From Tubiluchus corallicola (lineage: Eukaryota; Animalia; Priapulida), in the NCBI GenBank assembly GCA_030141605.1, contig JAQGDQ010000011.1:186001-250000 (forward strand): DNA of 64,000 nucleotides, given 5' to 3'. Position 1 is the first letter of the stretch. The number at the start of each line of letters is the position of its first letter. Positions 60,516 through 64,000 of the stretch are shown here, piece after piece. The notes under the pieces were generated by a model that was not told the origin of the DNA, ran no database searches, and was given only the letters and a program-made list of their open reading frames with translations. Position numbers and translations under genes: made by a program.

Positions 60516-61770
60516 AAGTGATGTTGGGAGGTGATTGCTGCCCCCTGTGCAGAAAAAACTGAAAAATCGACAAACCTATGAGAAAGAGCATTTAATTTTG
60601 GGCGAAAACACTTGTTTTAATATGTAGTACCACTGCTATTCACAGCTCGGCCAACCATAAGTGGACAAGGGTACAATTCATACTTTGTTTTTCAATGGGA
60701 ATGGTGTCATTTCTTCAAAAACTTCATCGACATTTAATTCCTGATAATAGGAGATGGAGAGAGCTTTAAAAAACACTTTAAAAAAGAAATATTAAAATAA
60801 TTAAATTAAAAATTAAGTTTGTGTCTACTTTTGTGATAACGTTTAAATATAGTGGGGTTATCATTTCCTGACATTGTACATGTTCATATTTTTGTTTGGT
60901 ATATTCAGTACTTTCTACATAGAGACTATGCAGTATTCACTACCATCTCATTTGATTTCTTCTCTGGCCTGATGCTGAATTGTGGAGGTGTTCGTGCATT
61001 AGTCTGCTTATGTTTGGTTCAGCATGTTGTTGACAATTGTGCTCCATGTAGTTTGGTTAGGTGTTGGATGGAGGCTGTTTCTGAGTTGCCAGTTTTGCTT
61101 TTGCTTATTGAAGTGTTGGGAACAAGCACAAGTTTGTTACATTTGTTTTTATTATTCAAAGCTGTGCGCTGTGAATGTTTGCTGTATAATTTCATGATGT
61201 AAATGCATGTTTCTTGCCTGTAGTGTCAAATAAATGTGTCTATCATTTGCTTCAGTGCTCTTTGCTTGGGCTGTATTTGAAGGAAGGCCAAGCAATATGC
61301 CAAGGGGAGGGGGAGTTAAAAGTTCTTACTTAGAAAATAGAAAATTTATAGAAAAACTTGAAAGTTTACTGAGGCACAAAATTTAGTGCTTTTTCTAGTA
61401 TTTGTTGGCAGATCAATTTTGCCTAGCCTATTGTACAAAAAGCAATTTTTGATGGAATTTGGGCTCATTTCAAATAATTTAAGGTCTACCGAAAGTTATA
61501 TGTTAATGACTCCTCCTATATTTTACTTTGGTTAACTTACTTGCCGATTTTTCTTTGTTCAAGAGAAAAACTGCTCCTTCTGTCTCATGCTATGTCTACC
61601 CTCTTCTACTTCATCAGTAGGTGCATTGAAAAAGGAAGAATAAGCTAAAAGTAGCAACTTCAGCTCTTCCGAAATGTTATCAAGCAAAATTATATCATGG
61701 TAATGCAACTTTGATCAAAAATTGTGCAAATATGCAATGGTATTAGACTCTCAAATCATTTAGTATTATA

Positions 61771-62730
61771 TTAGTCCTTTCTGAACAGTTTCTGCAAAGC
61801 ATTTCTAAATTCTGGTAGTTTTGCTATGTACACAAATATGTTTACTATTGAATTGCAAAAGACGAGCAAACTACACCATTCTGCCAAGCCTTCTGACAGG
61901 CCACAGGTTTTGCAGAAGTACCGAACCGCCTCGATAATGTTAAATGGTGTCCAGGAGATGTAGTAAAAGCCAACAGTAAGTGCAAGTGCTCTGGCCAGCT
62001 TTAGTTTTGAGCGAAGTTGCATTGTCGAGAAGTTTTCACCCTGGGAAGTTGCCGTTACCATTGCTACGTTTATCATCCGTGCTTGCTTCAATGCCGCTCT
62101 TGCAATGCTTATGTAAAAAATCGTAATTAAGATTGCGGAAAGGCACTGTGCCTGGAGTCGAGTGTAAATTATGCTGCTTTGAAACATGCCATCATTTGAC
62201 GGGGAGCATCTGTAAACGGTGGCCTTTTCACTGTAAATGTACATTACAGGTGCATATGTAAACAATGTTAGATTTGTTATCCATATGAATGCTGTTAATA
62301 CCTTTACACGTTTTACTGATAGAATGCTATGGTATCTTAACGGATACACAACACTTGCGTATCTTTCCATTGAGGCGACAACGTAAAATGATAACGATAA
62401 ACCAAATACACATAAGCAAAATGTGTACATTAGAGAACATTGAATGATACTATCAGTTTCATTCGGTAAGAAGAAAAAGGTTAAGGCATACCATATCCCA
62501 TATACACCACACAGTGCATCGGCTATTGCTAGATTGCAAAAAATGTAATAAGGTGTCGTGTGCAGTTCATCTGAGCTTGCGATTGTAATTATAACCACAA
62601 TGTTGCATGTGACCACTGCAAAGCCTATAAGTAGATAAATGACGTTGAGTATATCGGTGTAAGTCGATTCAAGCTGCTCCACTCCTCCTGTAGAATTTGA
62701 CACAACTTTAACTGTATTGTTATATTCCAT
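61771..62730 (-). CDS. Intronless class A GPCR, odorant-receptor-like (type A, copy 2)
   Basis: Close paralog of 58508-59458. First ATG is at 62730 (MEYNNT...); the ORF-track start at 62781 is GTG. Confidence 0.9.
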   Translation of the reverse strand: MEYNNTVKVVSNSTGGVEQLESTYTDILNVIYLLIGFAVVTCNIVVIITIASSDELHTTPYYIFCNLAIADALCGVYGIWYALTFFFLPNETDSIIQCSLMYTFCLCVFGLSLSFYVVASMERYASVVYPLRYHSILSVKRVKVLTAFIWITNLTLFTYAPVMYIYSEKATVYRCSPSNDGMFQSSIIYTRLQAQCLSAILITIFYISIARAALKQARMINVAMVTATSQGENFSTMQLRSKLKLARALALTVGFYYISWTPFNIIEAVRYFCKTCGLSEGLAEWCSLLVFCNSIVNIFVYIAKLPEFRNALQKLFRKD

Positions 62731-63388
62731 TTTGTACAACAGTTTTGAAATTCTGTAACTATTATCAAATATAAAGCGCACTTCGTAAAAATCTGGAGCC
62801 TCTTTTGGTTTAATTGTGGGACACCATCCTCAATGATTTCAGTTGCCTGGTATTGTAACACTTACTTGCATTTGTTGCACATGAAAGAGGTTGAAGCTTT
62901 TACGGTCAGTTATTGCTATGAAGAAACATACTCCGCATTAATGGTTCTTCGTGTGAACACCATTTGTAAATTTTGCGTGTAGAAATATTACTACTTATTC
63001 TGCGTACTCCATTTATTTCAGCGTTTGTTATTTGTGCAAATATTGTGATTTGTTTGCTTGCACTACATTAACGACGTGACAATACACTAGCATGATCGTA
63101 GTAGCGTAACATTTCTTTGTTTAAATTTGCATTCTTTTTGTACCAGCTTGTGTACATTAGAATTGAAAGTTGTACAAGCTTTTCTAAGTCAGTAAATAAA
63201 CTTCATATGTAGGTTTTGTGAATAGTCTATGTAATTTATCAATTTTTAACATGCAAAGCTTCCAATAGCTGAAGACAACAATGAACAGTAAACAAAAACA
63301 TGTTTACATAAGCGAGCATCCTGAAACCGTGTAATTTCCTTCATTTGATCAAAATGTAATTAATCCATAATTCACTTCACATATTTTA

Positions 63389-64000
63389 CTAATTCAGACA
63401 ACAGGTGGTGATGATCTTGGGATGAAGAAGTTTCTTGAGTTCATTTCTGAAATCTTCCAGCTTCACTACATACACGACGACATTCGTTAGCGAGTTAGCA
63501 CTAGCGAGTAGGTTGAACCAGTCGTAATTTTCGGCGTCTAAACCGCACGTCTCGCACATGAACAGCAGAAATGTTCCTATCAGCAAAGGTATCCAAGTCG
63601 CATAATACAAGCCAATTGTCAGAGCTAATGTTTTGGCAAGTTTCAGCTTCCTGTGAAGCCGTCCTCTGGACCCATTAGAGTTGTGAATTGCAGCCACTGC
63701 TTGTTCTACCATTCTCCTTTGTTTGATTGCCGCGTTGACGATACCAATGTAACAAACAGCTATAATTGATAACATTGCAAGTGTGCACGTGACGAAAAAG
63801 AAAAAATTAACTTTCATGAATAGGCTGCCAGGCGGTGGCAGACAGTTCGTCAACTCAGTATCGCTGTCTTTTAAATGCAGTATGATCATTATAAAGAACA
63901 AGGTTCCGTGTCCGAGCCACGTCGCGGCTATGGAGGCTTTCGTTCTCCGTGGTGTCAGGAGGTTGTGGTACCTCAGTGGGTGCACGACACTGATGTACCT
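63389..64000 (-). CDS. Class A GPCR (type B), 5' end cut off by the window edge
   Basis: Frame open to the edge: RYISVVHPLRY ... KLKLAKTLALTIGLYYATWIP ... NSLTNVVVY. Confidence 0.88.
   Translation of the reverse strand, partial: RYISVVHPLRYHNLLTPRRTKASIAATWLGHGTLFFIMIILHLKDSDTELTNCLPPPGSLFMKVNFFFFVTCTLAMLSIIAVCYIGIVNAAIKQRRMVEQAVAAIHNSNGSRGRLHRKLKLAKTLALTIGLYYATWIPLLIGTFLLFMCETCGLDAENYDWFNLLASANSLTNVVVYVVKLEDFRNELKKLLHPKIITTCCLN

Overview
AT-rich invertebrate animal genomic DNA with spliceosomal GT-AG introns and many transposon relics. Two intron-rich aminopeptidase P (XPNPEP) paralogs on the + strand bracket the window. The left copy (3' part, 305-12283) keeps all five metal ligands but has lost two conserved active-site histidines. 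The right copy is a canonical XPNPEP1 (45763 onward) whose last visible intron appears to host an antisense tandem array of intronless odorant-receptor-like GPCRs. Between them lie five genes with single-exon CDSs: an LRR-Ig membrane protein, BPNT1, an HPS6-like gene, IQCB1/NPHP5 and NAGLU. Each has a candidate splice acceptor just upstream of its ATG. Notable non-coding elements are a 5S-rRNA-headed SINE (SINE3) with an 11-bp TSD and (CAA)n tail, inverted Penelope-type minimal hammerhead ribozyme relics, several hAT, Tc1/pogo and unclassified MITEs, and CR1, RTE, L2 and other LINE fragments. All calls come from reading the sequence by eye; no database searches were run.
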